Source: Selaginella moellendorffii
Taxonomy: Eukaryota > Plantae > Lycopodiophyta
Length of the DNA: 64,000 bases
Direction of reading: 5' to 3'
Assembly: GCF_000143415.4 (NCBI RefSeq)
Contig: NW_003314288.1
Coordinates: 596,939-660,938 of the forward strand
Positions 62,478 to 64,000 of this stretch are shown piece after piece. Below the pieces are notes generated by a model, which did no database searches, was not told the DNA's origin, and saw only the letters and a list, made by a program, of their open reading frames with translations. Made by a program: the position numbers and the translations under genes. Each line of letters starts with the position of its first letter. Position 1 is the first letter of the stretch.

Positions 62478-64000
62478 TGTCAAGACCCCTGACAAGATCA
62501 AGACTGGAAAATGCAAAAAGACAAAGAGAAAAGCTAGTGGAAACAAAGAAGAGGCCTTAGACTGGCGTTGATTCAAATTGTGGAGAAATGGAACAAGGCT
62601 AACCTATATATACTATAGGTTGATGAAGCTCCACCACTCTTGGATCGAGGACGGCCTAAATATAGCTGAGGTCAAGGAGGCGCCACATCATCATTAGGAA
62701 TGTGGCTCGAGACTCAGGAATCGGGAAGTGTCTTGAGAGTCAGGAATAGGGAAGTGTCTTGAGAGTCAGAAATGTGGTTTGCAGGTCAGGAATCCGGCGA
62801 GAGTCAAGAATGTGGCAAGAATTGGAGGATTCCTGACAGCACCCCCTCCTCAAGAACGAGTGGAACAAGGATGTGAACGAGAACGAAGAGGAGGATGAGA
62901 TGAGCGGCGAGGGATGGGAGATGGAGGAAAAGAATGAGGACTGGGACGAGAAGGATAGCGGCGGTGGAAGTCCTGAACAAGGTCAGGAGAATGAATCAGG
63001 TTGTCCGCAGGTTCCCAAGTGCGTTCCTCAGGTCCGTAACCCTTCCACTCCACCAGATAGTAGAGTTTAGACCGTGAAATCTTGGAATCAAGGATGTCCT
63101 GAACCTCGTACTCAGACCCATCCTCGAGCTGCACTAGTGGAGGCGGAGGAATGACCCGATTTGGAATAGGATTGGGAATATAAGGCTCAAGGAGAGAGGA
63201 GTGAAAAATGGGGTGAATTTGATATGAGGAGGGAAGTGCAAGGCGATAAGTGATAGGATTAATGATGGCAGTGATAGGGAAAGGACCAAGGCGTTTGAAA
63301 TCGAGTTTTGGACAGGGCCTGGTGGTGGAGATATTTCGCCTGAGGAGCCAGACTTTATCCCCGATATTGTAAGGGGGACAATCCTGATGATGGACATTGG
63401 CAAATGTTTTGTGAGATTCCTAAGCACGATGGAGGTGGAAGGAGATGGAGTTGTGGATTTCCTGGAGGTTGGAGATAAATGCCTCAGAGCGGGGATTTGA
63501 ACGAGAGAATTCAGATGGAGAAGGAAGTGAGAGATTGAATCAAGGATTTCGGCCAGAGTTTGCAAAGAAGGGGGAAACTCGAAGAGAGGAGTGAACAGAG
63601 TTGTTATAGGAGAACTCAGCAAGAGGAAGGATATCGAACCAATTATCCTGATGATAGTTGATGAAGCACCTCAAGAATTGTTCCAACGTCTGAATCATTC
63701 GCTCGGACTACCCATCAGTTTGAGGATGATATGCCGAAGAGAGGTTGGCCTTCACTCCAAGCAGCTGCAAAAACCGTTGCCAGAAATGAGAGATGAACTG
63801 AGGCCCCCGATCTGAAACCACATCTGTAGGAATCCCATGAAGTCGGAAAATTTCCCTGAATACCAGTTTTACCATGTCCTCGCCCAAAAACTCCTTGGTA
63901 CATGGCAAGAAGTGCGCCATCTTTGTGAAGTGATCCACCACGACTAAAATGCTATTGAAGCCTCCAGAACTCGGAAGATCACTCAAGAAATCCATGGAGA
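62478..64000 (-). mobile_element. Chromovirus 3' end: integrase, chromodomain, PPT and 3' LTR (62478-62838)
   Basis: VSDRGPQF, YHPQTDG, EYEVQDILDSK...YLVEWKGYGPEERTWEP. PPT gaggagggggt precedes TGTCAGG...CTTGACA. Confidence 0.92.

Overview
Eukaryotic, TE-rich window from a seed-free land plant. The 45-55 nt introns and the PLS-DYW gene suggest a Selaginella-like lycophyte, which is inference. It has three parts. (1) Positions 1-37.7 kb are a decayed giant inverted duplication centred near 26.3-27.3 kb. Its arms share PPR 5' ends, Gypsy fragments and SEC16 pseudogene halves in mirrored order, later modified by nested LTR insertions and two local inversions. (2) An apparently intact intronless PLS-class PPR-DYW gene (37.65-41.04 kb) is built from six near-identical 333-bp triplets that vary at RNA-code positions. 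It carries an N-terminal OSB-type 'PDF' ssDNA-binding motif, and a second copy starts at position 48 on the minus strand. (3) A short-LTR Gypsy element (42161-59451) is split by a 12.3-kb DNA transposon (43858-56138; 24-bp TIRs, 4-bp TSD). That transposon encodes a Sola-type DDD transposase and, divergently, a multi-exon cargo gene (ParB/Srx-like, degenerate DNA-methyltransferase-like, acidic linker, FCP1/NIF-type HAD domain). It is studded with about 20 copies of an element-specific ~23-bp palindrome, often inside introns. Further Gypsy/chromovirus fragments end the window. All domain calls are by-eye motif recognition; no searches were run.
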